From Propionibacteriales bacterium (GTDB lineage: Bacteria; Actinomycetota; Actinomycetes; Propionibacteriales; Nocardioidaceae), in NCBI GenBank assembly GCA_013821195.1, contig JACDHG010000001.1, forward strand, positions 1 to 51,653: DNA of 51,653 bases. Reading direction: 5' to 3'. The notes beneath the pieces were generated by a model. That model saw only the letters and a program-made list of their open reading frames with translations. It had not been told where the DNA came from and did no database searches. A program made the translations under genes and the position numbers. The stretch's first letter is position 1. The number at the start of each line of letters is the position of its first letter. Shown piece after piece: positions 37,920-51,189 of this stretch.

Positions 37920-38648
37920 ATGGCTGCCAAGAAACCGTCTGCGATCAGCGCAGTGAGGAAGGCCGTCGCGAAGGCCACCGGCCGTGCAAGTGCGTCGTCG
38001 AGCCCAACGCCGGCGAAGAAGACGGCGGCGGCGAAGAAGTCGGCGGCGGCCACGAAGGCTGCCCCGGCGAAGAAGACCGCGGCGGCGAAGAAGGCAGCCC
38101 CGGCGAAGAAGACCGCCCCGGCCAAGAAGACCGCCCCGGCCAAGAAGACCGCGCCAGCCAAGAAGACGGCGGCGGCGAAGAAGGCAGCCCCGGCGAAGAC
38201 GGCGGCGGCGAAGAAGTCGGCTCCGGCGAAGAAGGCAACCGCCGATCCGAAGAAACGCGGCCTCGTCGTCCGTCATGGTGAGAAGGCGTGGACCCCCGCG
38301 CAGATCAAAGAAGTCCGGGCGACGCTCGAGCATGACCGTGACCGCCTGATCGCCGAGATCGCCGCCACCGAGGAGGACATCGATCATCTCTTGCGTGGCG
38401 GCGGAGAGGGCGCCGGCAACGACCAGGCCGACGTCGGGTCGAACACCTTCGAGCGTGACCACGAGATGAGCATGGCCAAGAACGCGCGCGACAACCTCGA
38501 GATGGTCGAGAGTGCCATGGCTCGCATCGACAAGGGGGACTACGGCGTCTGCGAGTCCTGTGGACAGCCGATCGGCAAGATGAGGCTGCAGGCTTTTCCC
38601 CGTGCGACACTGTGCATGGAATGCAAACAACGCCAGGAACGTCGCTGA
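37920..38648 (+). CDS. TraR/DksA-family C4 zinc-finger protein with an N-terminal histone-H1-like Lys/Ala/Pro repeat domain
   Basis: The N-terminal roughly 105 aa are AAKK/PAKKTA repeats. The C-terminus has a DksA-like coiled coil and [26 protein letters not shown]. aaggagag SD. Confidence 0.85.
   Translation: MAAKKPSAISAVRKAVAKATGRASASSSPTPAKKTAAAKKSAAATKAAPAKKTAAAKKAAPAKKTAPAKKTAPAKKTAPAKKTAAAKKAAPAKTAAAKKSAPAKKATADPKKRGLVVRHGEKAWTPAQIKEVRATLEHDRDRLIAEIAATEEDIDHLLRGGGEGAGNDQADVGSNTFERDHEMSMAKNARDNLEMVESAMARIDKGDYGVCESCGQPIGKMRLQAFPRATLCMECKQRQERR
38061..38199 (+). repeat. Imperfect 18-bp tandem repeats (gccccggccaagaagacc family) encoding PAKKTA units
   Basis: Units at 38115..38132 and 38133..38150 are identical. 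Flanking units have 1-3 mismatches. A 29-nt block (ggcggcgaagaaggcagccccggcgaaga) recurs at 38081 and 38171. Confidence 0.85.
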
Positions 38649-39172
38649 GCAGCGACTCGACCGCCGAGTACGACACGGCACGGCACCTCTCCCGGTTCTC
38701 GGTGTGGGTAGCGGTCGCAACGATCGTCTACGTCCTCGACCAGGGCTCCAAGTGGTGGGCCGAGCAGGCCCTGTCCGGCGGCGCCCCTCGCGAGGTGCTG
38801 GGTGATCTGCTGCAGCTCCGACTCACGTACAACCCCGGCGCTGCTTTCAGCGTGGGCACCGGCTACACGATCGCGCTCACCGTGATAGCGCTCGTCGTGA
38901 TCGGAGTCTGCCTCACCCTGGCAAGTCGACTCGGAAGCACCTCGTGGGCTGTCGCTCTCGGATTGCTCCTCGGTGGTGCACTGGGCAACGTGACAGACAG
39001 GATCTTTCGCGCGCCCTCGCCGTTTCGGGGCCACGTCGTCGATTTCATCGAGCTACCGAGCTGGCCCGTCTTCAACATCGCCGACTCTGCGATCAGCGTC
39101 GCCGCGGTTCTCTTCGTCGTGCTCAGCCTTCGCGGCGTGCACCTCGACGGAACCCGCGACGGGCGCCCGTGA
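38612..39172 (+). CDS. lspA: Lipoprotein signal peptidase II
   Basis: [18 protein letters not shown] and [10 protein letters not shown] motifs. The start is uncertain: ATG 38612 overlaps the upstream gene by 37 nt, and GTG 38702 is an alternative. Confidence 0.85.
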   Translation: MHGMQTTPGTSLSSDSTAEYDTARHLSRFSVWVAVATIVYVLDQGSKWWAEQALSGGAPREVLGDLLQLRLTYNPGAAFSVGTGYTIALTVIALVVIGVCLTLASRLGSTSWAVALGLLLGGALGNVTDRIFRAPSPFRGHVVDFIELPSWPVFNIADSAISVAAVLFVVLSLRGVHLDGTRDGRP

Positions 39173-40107
39173 GCGAGGCCTCCGGCCGCAAGGCGCTGCA
39201 CGTCCCGAGTGGTCTCGCCGGCGAACGTGTCGACGCCGCCATCGCGCGGCTCTTCGGGTTGTCGCGGACGAAGGCGGCCGGGCTGGTGGCCGCGGGAGAG
39301 GTGACCCTGGACGGCGACACGCCGGCCAAGTCGGACCGGGTCGTGGAAGGGGCCTTCCTCGAGCTGACCATCCCACCTCCGGCTGGACCGGTGCAGGTGC
39401 GTCCCGAGGTCGTCGAAGGGCTGCGAGTCGTTCACGATGACGACGCCTTCGTGGTCATCGACAAGCCTGTCGGAGTGGCTGCGCATCCCAGTGTTGGCTG
39501 GACGGGTCCGACCGTGCTCGGTCACCTCGCGGGCGCTGGGTACCGGCTCGCGACCTCGGGGGTGCCGGAGCGGCAGGGCATCGTGCAGCGGCTCGACGTC
39601 GGCACCAGCGGCCTGATGGTGGTCGCGAAGTCGGAGCATGCCTACTCGCGTCTCAAGGACGCGTTTCGCAGACGCACGGTTGCCAAGACCTACCACGCGC
39701 TGGTTCAAGGCCATCTGGACCCGCTGCGCGGCACCATCGACGCGCCGATCGTGCGCCACACCAAGCACGACTACAAGTTCACGGTCGGCCGAGATGGCCG
39801 TCACAGCGTCACCCACTACGACACGCTCGAGGCCCACCGGTTCGCGTCGCTGCTGGAGATCAAGCTGGAGACCGGCCGAACTCACCAGATCCGGGTGCAC
39901 ATGAGTGCCTTGCACCATCCCTGCGTCGGCGACCTCACCTACGGCGCCGACCCAGCCCTGGCAGCTCGGGTCGGTCTCAGCCGACAATGGTTGCATGCCA
40001 TCCGGCTCGGTTTTGTCCATCCGGAGTCCGACGCGTGGGTGGAGTTCCAGTCGACGTACCCAGCCGACCTCGCGGAGGCTCTCGAGGTCATCCGCGATGC
40101 CGACTGA
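39169..40107 (+). CDS. rluD: RluA/RluD-family 23S rRNA pseudouridine synthase
   Basis: GTG 39169 overlaps the lspA stop (GTGA). S4 domain ([21 protein letters not shown]) and catalytic [16 protein letters not shown]. The first 75 codons of track ORF 38944.. are out-of-frame lspA. Confidence 0.88.
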   Translation: MSEASGRKALHVPSGLAGERVDAAIARLFGLSRTKAAGLVAAGEVTLDGDTPAKSDRVVEGAFLELTIPPPAGPVQVRPEVVEGLRVVHDDDAFVVIDKPVGVAAHPSVGWTGPTVLGHLAGAGYRLATSGVPERQGIVQRLDVGTSGLMVVAKSEHAYSRLKDAFRRRTVAKTYHALVQGHLDPLRGTIDAPIVRHTKHDYKFTVGRDGRHSVTHYDTLEAHRFASLLEIKLETGRTHQIRVHMSALHHPCVGDLTYGADPALAARVGLSRQWLHAIRLGFVHPESDAWVEFQSTYPADLAEALEVIRDAD

Positions 40108-40214
40108 CGACACGGTTCAGTCTCGGATGGCTCCTTAGGTCCCCATCTGGGCGACCCGAGTGTCGGTCGGCGCTGCCAGGGTGAGGCGAAGTACGCTGTG
40201 GGCTCTTCCCCAGC

Positions 40215-40232
40215 GGCGGCCGGAGGGCCGCC
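40215..40232 (+). terminator. GC hairpin in the rluD-dnaE1 spacer (possible weak terminator/attenuator)
   Basis: ggcggcc-ggag-ggccgcc forms a 7-bp stem with a 4-nt loop, followed by atccagctctgtttgt (a poor U-tract). Confidence 0.25.
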
Positions 40233-40293
40233 ATCCAGCTCTGTTTGTCATGCCCGGATTCCCGAGTCACGAGGTCAGGAGGCAGCACCCCCG

Positions 40294-43812
<3,519 letters not shown>

Positions 43813-43821
43813 GATTGCGGG

Positions 43822-44502
43822 GTGAGTTCTCTTGGCCCCAGTGCGTCGATGCGCCCCGCTGACCCGGTCCCGCCTTCCCACCCTGGCGCGCCTTCGGCAG
43901 TCGACGACGACCCGAGCTCACTGAGACAGCGCCTCGTCTTCGTCATACTCTGCACGGCTGTGGGGGCTGTTGCCGCGCTGCCCGCCGCGTGGGCGTGGGC
44001 ACGGTTCGCGGATTCTCCGACCGCAACGTTGACCGCGACCGGCTTGAGCTTCGGCGAGCACGAGTTCGACCGAGTGGCAGGTGTCACCCTGTGGTTCTTG
44101 GTCATCGGCCTTGTCTTCGGCCTGGTGCTCGGCGGTGCCGTGGGTTGGATGGGCCGTCGTCACGGCGTCGTGACGGTGCTCGCGGTGGTGGCCCTGTGCC
44201 TGGCCGGGAGCGGACTGACACAGTTGTTCGGGACGCAGCTGTTCGGCCCCGCGCAAGGCATCGACATGGTCGAGCTGTTCACCAGTGACTCACGCGCCCC
44301 GCTACGGGACGCCGCTGTCGGCGACGTCATCAGGAGCGAGCTGGCGGTGCGCTCCAATGTCGCCTACCTCGGCTGGCCGATCGGCGGGATGATCGGGGCG
44401 ATCGCAGGAATCTCTGGATGGTCGAGGCGTCAAAGGCGCCCCGTCGTGGCCCCCGCTTCGAGTAACCTCGGGCCGCAGTCGTCTTCTTCACCTATCTCTT
44501 GA
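43822..44502 (+). CDS. Hypothetical 4-TM membrane protein
   Basis: 226-aa ORF starting 10 nt after the dnaE1 stop. Four hydrophobic segments (for example VFVILCTAVGAVAALPAAWAW and TLWFLVIGLVFGLVLGGAVGW). No family recognised. ATG 43849 is an alternative start. Confidence 0.6.
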   Translation: MSSLGPSASMRPADPVPPSHPGAPSAVDDDPSSLRQRLVFVILCTAVGAVAALPAAWAWARFADSPTATLTATGLSFGEHEFDRVAGVTLWFLVIGLVFGLVLGGAVGWMGRRHGVVTVLAVVALCLAGSGLTQLFGTQLFGPAQGIDMVELFTSDSRAPLRDAAVGDVIRSELAVRSNVAYLGWPIGGMIGAIAGISGWSRRQRRPVVAPASSNLGPQSSSSPIS

Positions 44503-44514
44503 CAGGGGACCAAC

Positions 44515-46305
44515 ATGTCAGATCAGACGCCGACCTCCGGTGGCGGCTACGGTCCTGGGGGACCTGGCAGCGGTGGATACGGTCCGCCTCCCGGTGGCGG
44601 CTACGGTCCTGGGGGACCTGGCAGCGGTGGATACGGTCCGCCTCCCGGTGGCGGCTACGGTCCCGGTGGTCCTGGTGGTCCCGGTGGTCCGGGTCAGTAC
44701 GGTCCTGGTGGTCCGGGTCAGTACGGTCCTGGTGGTCCTGGTGGTTATGGGCAGGGAGAGCCGTCGTACCGGCCGCAGCCGGCTCGAGGCCGTGGCACCA
44801 AGGCCCTGATCATCGCGCTCGTGGTGGCCGTCCTGCTTGGTGGTGGCGCCTTCGCGGTCTACAAGCTCGACCCCTTCGGCACGTTCGCCAGCGGGACACC
44901 GGCAGCGGCTGAGGCCGTTCCGTCCGAGGCGTTGTACTACGTCGGCGTCGACCTGGACCCGTCGGCCGAGCAGAAGGTCAGGGCGGTGCAGTTCCTGAAC
45001 CACTTCCCGGCGTTCAAAGAGAATGTCGACATCGCGGACGCGGAGTCAGACATCCGCAAGTCGCTCTTCGACGCGTCGCTGGAGAACTCCGACTGCGACC
45101 TCAGCTTCGATACCGACGTCAAGCCGTGGCTTGGCTACAAGTTCGCAGCCGCCGCCATGCCCAGTGATGCGAAAGAGGGCATGGCCTCGATGGCGCCGAA
45201 CGTCGTGTTCGCCATCGAGGTCTCGGACGAGACCGGCGCCAAAGCGGGCATCGACAAGCTTGCCTCATGTAGCGGAGCTGACAGTGATTTCGGGATGGCT
45301 TTCACCGGCGACTACGCCTTACTGGCCCAGACCCAGTCTCTGGCGGACCGATATGCCGGCGACGTGGAGAACGGGTCGCTTGCCGACGACCCAGGCTTCA
45401 AGTCCGATCTCGACTCCCTCGGGGCTCTCGGGTTCGCCACCATGTGGGTCGACATCAAGTCCGCGGCCGAGCTCTTCGTCCCTGCGAGTATGGCTTCGTC
45501 CGGCGACCTCGACTTCCTGCTGAACAGCTACCAGCGCGCGGCAGCGACCTTCCGTTTCGAGAGCGACAGCGTCGAGGTCGTGGCGAGCGTCTTCGGTGAC
45601 ACGGTCGAGATCGACCACGAGGGGAACAAGATCGTCGACCTCCCGGAGAGTACGGCGTTCGCCATGTCCGAGAGCGGCGGCGAGACGCGTCTCGACGAGA
45701 CCTGGCAGACGGTCGTGGATGCCGCGAAGGACCAGGGGATCGACGTCGACACGCAGATAGCGCAGTTCGAAGCAGAGACCGGACTGAGCCTGCCTGACGA
45801 CATCGCGACCTTGCTGGGAGCGAACATCATGTTCGCGGTCGATGCCGAGGGGCTGTCAGCAGCTGCTTTGGACTCGGAAGACCCGAGTCAGATCAATGCG
45901 GGCGTGCGCTTCACCAACGACCCAGCGGAGCTGAACGCGGTCTACGACAAGGTGTTGTCGTTCGTTCAGGCGGCTGCCGACCGGGAGTTTCCGGTGTCGA
46001 AGAAGGACCTTGACGACGGGCTCGTCGTCGCCACCAACGACGACTACGCGAACAAGCTGGCGGAAGACGGGGGTCTCGGCGACAGCGACGCCTTCAACTC
46101 GGTCATCGACGAGGCGGAGAGCAAGGAGTTCGTGCTGTTCTTCAACTTCGACTCGATCGAGGAGCAGATCGTCCAAGCCTTGGAAGACGACGGGACACCG
46201 GCCGAAGTCATCGAGAACGTGACGCCGATCCAGGCGTTCGGCATCACCGCGGACGTCGACGGCGACTACTTCACCTCGCGGTTCCGGTTGTCGGTCAACG
46301 ACTAG
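44515..46305 (+). CDS. Membrane-anchored protein: cytoplasmic Pro/Gly/Tyr repeat tail, one TM, large acidic extracytoplasmic domain (possibly DUF3352-like; from memory, unverified)
   Basis: 596 aa. The N-terminus is (GGGYGPGGPGSGGYGPPP)x2 plus GPGQYGPG repeats. The TM is ALIIALVVAVLLGGGAFAVY. About 470 aa of D/E-rich globular sequence follows. Confidence 0.75.
   Translation: MSDQTPTSGGGYGPGGPGSGGYGPPPGGGYGPGGPGSGGYGPPPGGGYGPGGPGGPGGPGQYGPGGPGQYGPGGPGGYGQGEPSYRPQPARGRGTKALIIALVVAVLLGGGAFAVYKLDPFGTFASGTPAAAEAVPSEALYYVGVDLDPSAEQKVRAVQFLNHFPAFKENVDIADAESDIRKSLFDASLENSDCDLSFDTDVKPWLGYKFAAAAMPSDAKEGMASMAPNVVFAIEVSDETGAKAGIDKLASCSGADSDFGMAFTGDYALLAQTQSLADRYAGDVENGSLADDPGFKSDLDSLGALGFATMWVDIKSAAELFVPASMASSGDLDFLLNSYQRAAATFRFESDSVEVVASVFGDTVEIDHEGNKIVDLPESTAFAMSESGGETRLDETWQTVVDAAKDQGIDVDTQIAQFEAETGLSLPDDIATLLGANIMFAVDAEGLSAAALDSEDPSQINAGVRFTNDPAELNAVYDKVLSFVQAAADREFPVSKKDLDDGLVVATNDDYANKLAEDGGLGDSDAFNSVIDEAESKEFVLFFNFDSIEEQIVQALEDDGTPAEVIENVTPIQAFGITADVDGDYFTSRFRLSVND
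44539..44663 (+). repeat. Perfect 54-bp tandem duplication plus a 17-bp partial third copy
   Basis: 44539..44592 and 44593..44646 are identical base for base (ggtggcggctacggtcctgggggacctggcagcggtggatacggtccgcctccc). 44647..44663 repeats the first 17 nt. Confidence 0.95.
44683..44730 (+). repeat. Perfect 24-bp tandem duplication (ggtggtccgggtcagtacggtcct x2)
   Basis: Read directly: 44683..44706 equals 44707..44730. It encodes GGPGQYGP twice. Confidence 0.95.
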
Positions 46306-46317
46306 GCGTTCCCGAGG

Positions 46318-46998
46318 TCAGTTCGGCGACCACTGGGTCCGCGCCATCGACGTCGCCGGCAACGAAGGGATGGCGGCGATGGCGCGGATCTCGGATCGGA
46401 TGAACTGGGTGCCGAGGCGCAGCCTGCTCACGACGTCCGGTGCCTCGAGCATCGCCTGACGGTCGGACAAGCTCAGGACCAGGGCAGCAGACAAGGTATA
46501 GGACAGGTCGACGGGGTCGCTCGGGGTGTTGCCCTCGAGGACGTCCTCGCCGCGCAGCGCCGCCACGGTGTCGCGATAGATGTCGAACAGGGCGCCCGCG
46601 ATGTCGGCAGCGTCAGTCGCATCCGACGGTGAGTCTCCACCCCCGGTATCGGGAAGCCATTCGACGTCGGCGCGAAGATACTCCTGGGAGGGGTCGAGGC
46701 TCTCGACGTGGAAACGGCGACGACCTACCACCAAGATCTCGAACGTGCCGTCGGGGTTGGCGGTGACTTCGGTGACCAGGGCTGCACAGCCGGTGCGCTG
46801 GATGGTGTGGACGCCGTGCGAGCCGACCTCGAAACCCACCTTGATCGCCACCACCCCGAACTCGCGTGCCGCATCCGGTGGAAGGGCGATCAGGTCGCGC
46901 ACCAGCAACCGATAGCGATCCTCGAAGATGTGGAGCGGCATCACGATCCCCGGGAACAGCACGGTGTTCAGCGGGAAGAGAGGAAGCGGCTCACTCAC
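46318..46998 (-). CDS. Stand-alone LON N-terminal (substrate-binding) domain protein
   Basis: PLFPLNTVLFPGIVMPLHIFEDRYRLLV is the hallmark start of the Lon N-domain. At 226 aa there is no AAA or protease domain. Confidence 0.8.
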   Translation of the reverse strand: MSEPLPLFPLNTVLFPGIVMPLHIFEDRYRLLVRDLIALPPDAAREFGVVAIKVGFEVGSHGVHTIQRTGCAALVTEVTANPDGTFEILVVGRRRFHVESLDPSQEYLRADVEWLPDTGGGDSPSDATDAADIAGALFDIYRDTVAALRGEDVLEGNTPSDPVDLSYTLSAALVLSLSDRQAMLEAPDVVSRLRLGTQFIRSEIRAIAAIPSLPATSMARTQWSPN

Positions 46999-47077
46999 CC
47001 TGCGAACCTAACACCGACATCAGGCGATCCGGACACCGTGAATGAGACAGCCAGAATCGGCGCGAGGCGACAACTTC

Positions 47078-47083
47078 TAGACT
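47078..47083 (+). promoter_or_regulatory. -10 hexamer positioned for a leaderless hisD mRNA
   Basis: TAGACT (TAnnnT) ends 6 nt before the A of ATG 47090. There is no SD in between. Confidence 0.45.
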
Positions 47084-47089
47084 GATGAC

Positions 47090-48412
47090 ATGATCCGCCA
47101 GATTGATATCCGTGGCCTCGGCGCTGCCGGCACTCACGTCGACTATGCGGCGCTGGTGCCGCGCGCCTCCTTCGACGTCGCTGCTGTCATGGAGCAGGTG
47201 CGACAGATGTGTGCAGCAGTCCGCGAGCATGGACACGCCGAGCTGCTCCGGCAGGCGGCGTTGTACGACGGGGTCGAGATCGAGCGCGTGCGGGTGCCGA
47301 CACAGGAGATCCAGTCGGCATTCGACGCCCTCGACCCTGCGTTGCGGGTGAGCCTTGAGGAGTCTGTCAGTCGGCTGCGAAGGACGTGCGGGGCCGAGCG
47401 TCCCCACGACACGGTCACGGAGGTTTCGCCGGGTGGGACGGTGACTCAGCGCAACGTGCCGGTCGACCGGGTGGGTCTCTACGTACCCGCCGCGACGGCT
47501 CCGCTCTGCTCCTCGGTGCTCATGAACGTCGTACCCGCGCAGGTGGCCGGGGTGAGCTCTCTTGCCTTGGCCAGCCCGGCGCAGCGGGAGCACGGCGGCC
47601 TGCCGCACCCACTCATCCTCGCCGCCTGCGCACTCCTCGGAGTCGACGAGGTGTATGCCGCCGGTGGAGCAGGGGCGGTCGCCATGTTCGCGTACGGCTA
47701 CCAGCACGACGATGGTGGCTGTGCCCCCGTCGACCTCGTGACAGGCCCAGCGAACATCTTCGGGGTGGCGGCCAAGCGGCTGCTTCGTGGCATCGTCGGC
47801 ATCGACTCCGAGGCTGGTCCGACCGAGATCGCGATCCTCGCCGACGACAGCGCCGACCCTGTCTTCGTCGCCGCTGACCTGATCAGCCAGGCAGAGCACG
47901 ACGTACTCGCGGCTGCGGTGCTGGTGACGGACTCTGCACCGTTGGCCGAGGCGGTCGAGGTGGAGCTCGAGCGCCAGCTCGACTCAACCAAGCACATCGA
48001 GCGGGTCACCGCGGCTCTTGACGGGACCCAGTCGGCGATCGTGCTCGTCGACGACCTCGACCAAGGCGAGGACGTCGTCAACGCCTACGCGGCCGAGCAC
48101 CTCGAGATCCACACCGTCGACGCGTCGGTGCGGGCGGCGCGGGTGCGCAACGCGGGTGCGGTCTTCGTCGGCCCGTTCACGCCGGTCTCGCTCGGCGACT
48201 ACTGTGCCGGGTCGAACCATGTGCTGCCCACGGCAGGTTGTGCGTGCCACTCGTCGGGACTGTCCGTCCGGGCATTCCTGCGGACCGTTCAGGTGGTGGA
48301 CTACTCCCGCGACGCTCTTGGTGAGGCCGCATCCCACGTGCTCACGATGTCGGAGGCCGAGGACCTGCCGGCTCACGGTGACGCCGTCCGGGTGCGGTTG
48401 GAGCCTCGATGA
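47090..48412 (+). CDS. hisD: Histidinol dehydrogenase
   Basis: 440 aa with [33 protein letters not shown] and [13 protein letters not shown] motifs. Confidence 0.93.
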   Translation: MIRQIDIRGLGAAGTHVDYAALVPRASFDVAAVMEQVRQMCAAVREHGHAELLRQAALYDGVEIERVRVPTQEIQSAFDALDPALRVSLEESVSRLRRTCGAERPHDTVTEVSPGGTVTQRNVPVDRVGLYVPAATAPLCSSVLMNVVPAQVAGVSSLALASPAQREHGGLPHPLILAACALLGVDEVYAAGGAGAVAMFAYGYQHDDGGCAPVDLVTGPANIFGVAAKRLLRGIVGIDSEAGPTEIAILADDSADPVFVAADLISQAEHDVLAAAVLVTDSAPLAEAVEVELERQLDSTKHIERVTAALDGTQSAIVLVDDLDQGEDVVNAYAAEHLEIHTVDASVRAARVRNAGAVFVGPFTPVSLGDYCAGSNHVLPTAGCACHSSGLSVRAFLRTVQVVDYSRDALGEAASHVLTMSEAEDLPAHGDAVRVRLEPR

Positions 48413-49500
48413 GCGAGGCCAGCCGCGCGCTGCCGCTGAGGCCGGAGCTTGCGGAGGTTCGGCCGTACGGAGCGCCGCAGCTCGACGTACCCGTGCTCCT
48501 GAACGTCAACGAGAACCCCTATCCGCCGTCTGAGCACGTGGCCCGTGCCATGTCTGACGCGGTGCTCGCTGCGGCAGGGTCCCTGAACCGTTATCCAGAC
48601 CGGGAGGCGAGCCGGCTCCGGGAAGATCTTGCGGCATACCTGGGGCACGGCTTGTCAGCGGCTCGGGTCTGGGCCGCGAATGGGTCGAACGAGGTCATGC
48701 TGCAGGTGCTGCAGGCCTTCGGGGGTCCGGGCCGGAGCATGCTGACCTTCGGCCCGTCGTACTCGATGTACCCGGAGTACGCACGTGACACCGCTACGCG
48801 GTTCGTTGACGTCAGTCGCGCTGCCGACTTCACGGTGGGGGCCGACGCCGCCGCGGCCGCCATCGAGTCGGGCAAACCCGACGTTGTGGTCATCGCCTCG
48901 CCTAACAACCCCACGGGTACGACGGTCGGCCTCGACACGGTCAAGGTGATCTGCGACGCCGCGCCGGGGGTCGTGGTCGTGGACGAGGCGTACGCCGAGT
49001 TCCGCAGGGCCGGCGCGACCTCAGCGCTCAGCTTGCTCGACGACTACCACCACCTCGCGGTGACACGCACGATGTCGAAGGCGTTCGCGTTCGCAGGTGG
49101 ACGGGTTGGCTACCTCGCGTCGAGCACCGACTTCGTGGACGCGCTGCGCGTCGTGCGCCTGCCCTACCACCTCTCAAGCATCACCCAGGCGGTGGCCCGG
49201 GTCGCCCTGGCTCACCGTGGCGAGATGATGAGCCGTGTCGAGCAGCTGCGAGCGGAGCGCGACCGGACGGCGGAGTGGCTGCGCGAGCAGGGTTTGCGGG
49301 TCGCCGACTCCGACGCGAACTTCGTCCTGTTCGGCATGTTCGCAGACCGCCATCACGTGTGGCGGCGGTTGCTCGATCAAGGAGTGTTGATCCGAGAGAC
49401 AGGGCCGGACGGGTGGCTGCGTGTGTCGATCGGCACGGCGCGAGAGATGATGGCGTTTCGAGAGGCACTCACCAAGGTGCGGCAGGAGGTAACGGTCTGA
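48409..49500 (+). CDS. hisC: Histidinol-phosphate aminotransferase
   Basis: ATGA overlap with hisD. NENPYPPS and PNNPTG motifs, and the PLP lysine in [15 protein letters not shown]. Confidence 0.92.
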   Translation: MSEASRALPLRPELAEVRPYGAPQLDVPVLLNVNENPYPPSEHVARAMSDAVLAAAGSLNRYPDREASRLREDLAAYLGHGLSAARVWAANGSNEVMLQVLQAFGGPGRSMLTFGPSYSMYPEYARDTATRFVDVSRAADFTVGADAAAAAIESGKPDVVVIASPNNPTGTTVGLDTVKVICDAAPGVVVVDEAYAEFRRAGATSALSLLDDYHHLAVTRTMSKAFAFAGGRVGYLASSTDFVDALRVVRLPYHLSSITQAVARVALAHRGEMMSRVEQLRAERDRTAEWLREQGLRVADSDANFVLFGMFADRHHVWRRLLDQGVLIRETGPDGWLRVSIGTAREMMAFREALTKVRQEVTV

Positions 49501-50102
49501 TGTCTCGGACGGCGAGGATCGAGCGCGTGACCGAGGAGTCGAAGGTGCTCGTCGAGCTGGACCTCGACGGCTCGGGTCGGGTCCGTGTTGCGACGGGGGT
49601 TCCGTTCTACGACCACATGTTGACGTCGCTGGCGAGACACTCCCTGATCGACCTGACGGTCCAGGCGGCCGGCGATGTCGAGGTCGACGCCCACCACACT
49701 GTCGAGGATGTCGCGATCACCCTCGGTGAGGCGCTGCGTGAGGCTCTCGGTGACAAGGTGGGGATCCGACGGTTCGGTGACTCTCTCGTGCCACTCGACG
49801 AGGCGCTCGTGCAGTGTGCGGTCGACCTGTCCGGTCGCCCCTACTGCGTGCACATCGGGGAGCCGGACGGCCAGGCGTTCGTCGCGATCGGCACTCCGCC
49901 GTACACCGGCTCCTTGACGCGCCACGTGTTCGAGTCCATCGCGTCGCGCGCGTCGATCGCTGTGCACATCCGGGTGCTGTCCGGCCGCGATCCGCACCAT
50001 GTGGTGGAGGCGCAGTTCAAGGCGCTTGCCCGTGCCCTGCGCGACGCCGTCGCCCTGGATCCGCGTGAGACGTCAGTGCCGAGCACGAAGGGCAGCCTGT
50101 GA
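49500..50102 (+). CDS. hisB: Imidazoleglycerol-phosphate dehydratase
   Basis: ATG 49500 overlaps the last base of the hisC stop. [14 protein letters not shown] and [19 protein letters not shown] motifs. The first 75 codons of track ORF 49275.. are out-of-frame hisC. Confidence 0.92.
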   Translation: MSRTARIERVTEESKVLVELDLDGSGRVRVATGVPFYDHMLTSLARHSLIDLTVQAAGDVEVDAHHTVEDVAITLGEALREALGDKVGIRRFGDSLVPLDEALVQCAVDLSGRPYCVHIGEPDGQAFVAIGTPPYTGSLTRHVFESIASRASIAVHIRVLSGRDPHHVVEAQFKALARALRDAVALDPRETSVPSTKGSL

Positions 50103-50731
50103 CAGCTCGTGTCGTGTTGTTCGACTACGGCTCGGGCAACCTTCACTCGGCCGAGCGGGCTCTTGTGCGTGCGGGCGCTGAGGTGCAGGTGACCGCAGAG
50201 CACGGCCCGTCCATGGACGCCGATGGCGTCGTCGTACCCGGCGTGGGAGCGTTCGCCGCCTGTATGGAGGGGCTGCGCGCGCTGCGGGGGCCCGAGATCA
50301 TCGGGAGCCGGTTGGCAGGTGGGCGGCCGGTCCTGGGCATCTGCGTCGGGCATCAGGTGTTGTTCGAGCACGGGGTCGAGCACGGGGTGCAGACTGACGG
50401 GTGCGGTGAGTGGCCGGGGACGGTGGAGCGCCTCGAGGCTTCGGTGCTGCCACACATCGGCTGGAACTCCGTGGAGGTGCCTGCGGAGTCCGTCATGTTC
50501 GAGGGGGTCGCAGGGGAGCGCTTCTACTTCGTCCACTCCTACGCCGTACGCCGCTGGGAGCTCGTCACGCACGGTCACACGCGGGCACCACTGGTGACGT
50601 GGGCCCAGCACGAGCACGACCTGTTCGTGGCAGCGATCGAGAACGGCCCCCTGTGGGCCACGCAGTTCCATCCAGAAAAGTCGGGAGACGCGGGAGCCGA
50701 AGTGCTGCGTAACTGGGTCAGACAACTATGA
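50099..50731 (+). CDS. hisH: Imidazole glycerol phosphate synthase glutaminase subunit
   Basis: GTGA overlap with hisB. Nucleophile in [10 protein letters not shown], and QFHPEKSG. Confidence 0.92.
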   Translation: MTARVVLFDYGSGNLHSAERALVRAGAEVQVTAEHGPSMDADGVVVPGVGAFAACMEGLRALRGPEIIGSRLAGGRPVLGICVGHQVLFEHGVEHGVQTDGCGEWPGTVERLEASVLPHIGWNSVEVPAESVMFEGVAGERFYFVHSYAVRRWELVTHGHTRAPLVTWAQHEHDLFVAAIENGPLWATQFHPEKSGDAGAEVLRNWVRQL

Positions 50732-51189
50732 ACAGAATCGCGCAACTCTTCCTGTCCCTCGTTCTCGCCGCCGCCGCCGCAGGCTGTGCGGCTCAGGATC
50801 CTTCGGGCGGCCCGAGCGACCGCCCGACACGCATCAGCTCGTCGGGACCAATCACCTCACCTGAGCAGCAGAGCTCCAAGCAGGCAGTGTCGGTGACCTT
50901 CAGGCTGTCTGGCGGGCTCGAGCCCACGGACGAGACCGTTGTCTTCGCCGCCGGCGAGTCGCTGCCTTCCGGCCGGACCAAGGGAGAAGTTCGCGGCGTG
51001 CTCGAGGCGGCGTCCGACCCTGAGCTCGTCGACGTCGACATGGAGCCGATGCCGAAGGATCAGTGCTGCGACCGCCAGACGTACGTCGTCTCCATCAGGT
51101 GGGACGACGGCTCGAGTCGTACCTACACCAGCATCGATGGCCTGGAGCAGCCGCAGGTCTTCGAAGAGCTGCTGACCAAGGTCGTATGA
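50728..51189 (+). CDS. Putative lipoprotein of unknown function (weak emfourin-like motif pattern)
   Basis: ATGA overlap with hisH. Signal and lipobox-like [20 protein letters not shown]. The mature part contains FRLSGGLEP ... [22 protein letters not shown] ... [11 protein letters not shown]3 is high. Confidence 0.7.
   Translation: MNRIAQLFLSLVLAAAAAGCAAQDPSGGPSDRPTRISSSGPITSPEQQSSKQAVSVTFRLSGGLEPTDETVVFAAGESLPSGRTKGEVRGVLEAASDPELVDVDMEPMPKDQCCDRQTYVVSIRWDDGSSRTYTSIDGLEQPQVFEELLTKVV

Noticed and set aside
37775-38161. Reverse ORF encoding AGAVFLAGAVFLAGAVFF repeats, which looks like a repetitive hydrophobic peptide.
   Set aside because: It is simply the complement of the AAKK/PAKKTA-encoding repeats. 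The forward frame continues into a bona fide DksA/TraR zinc finger and has an SD.
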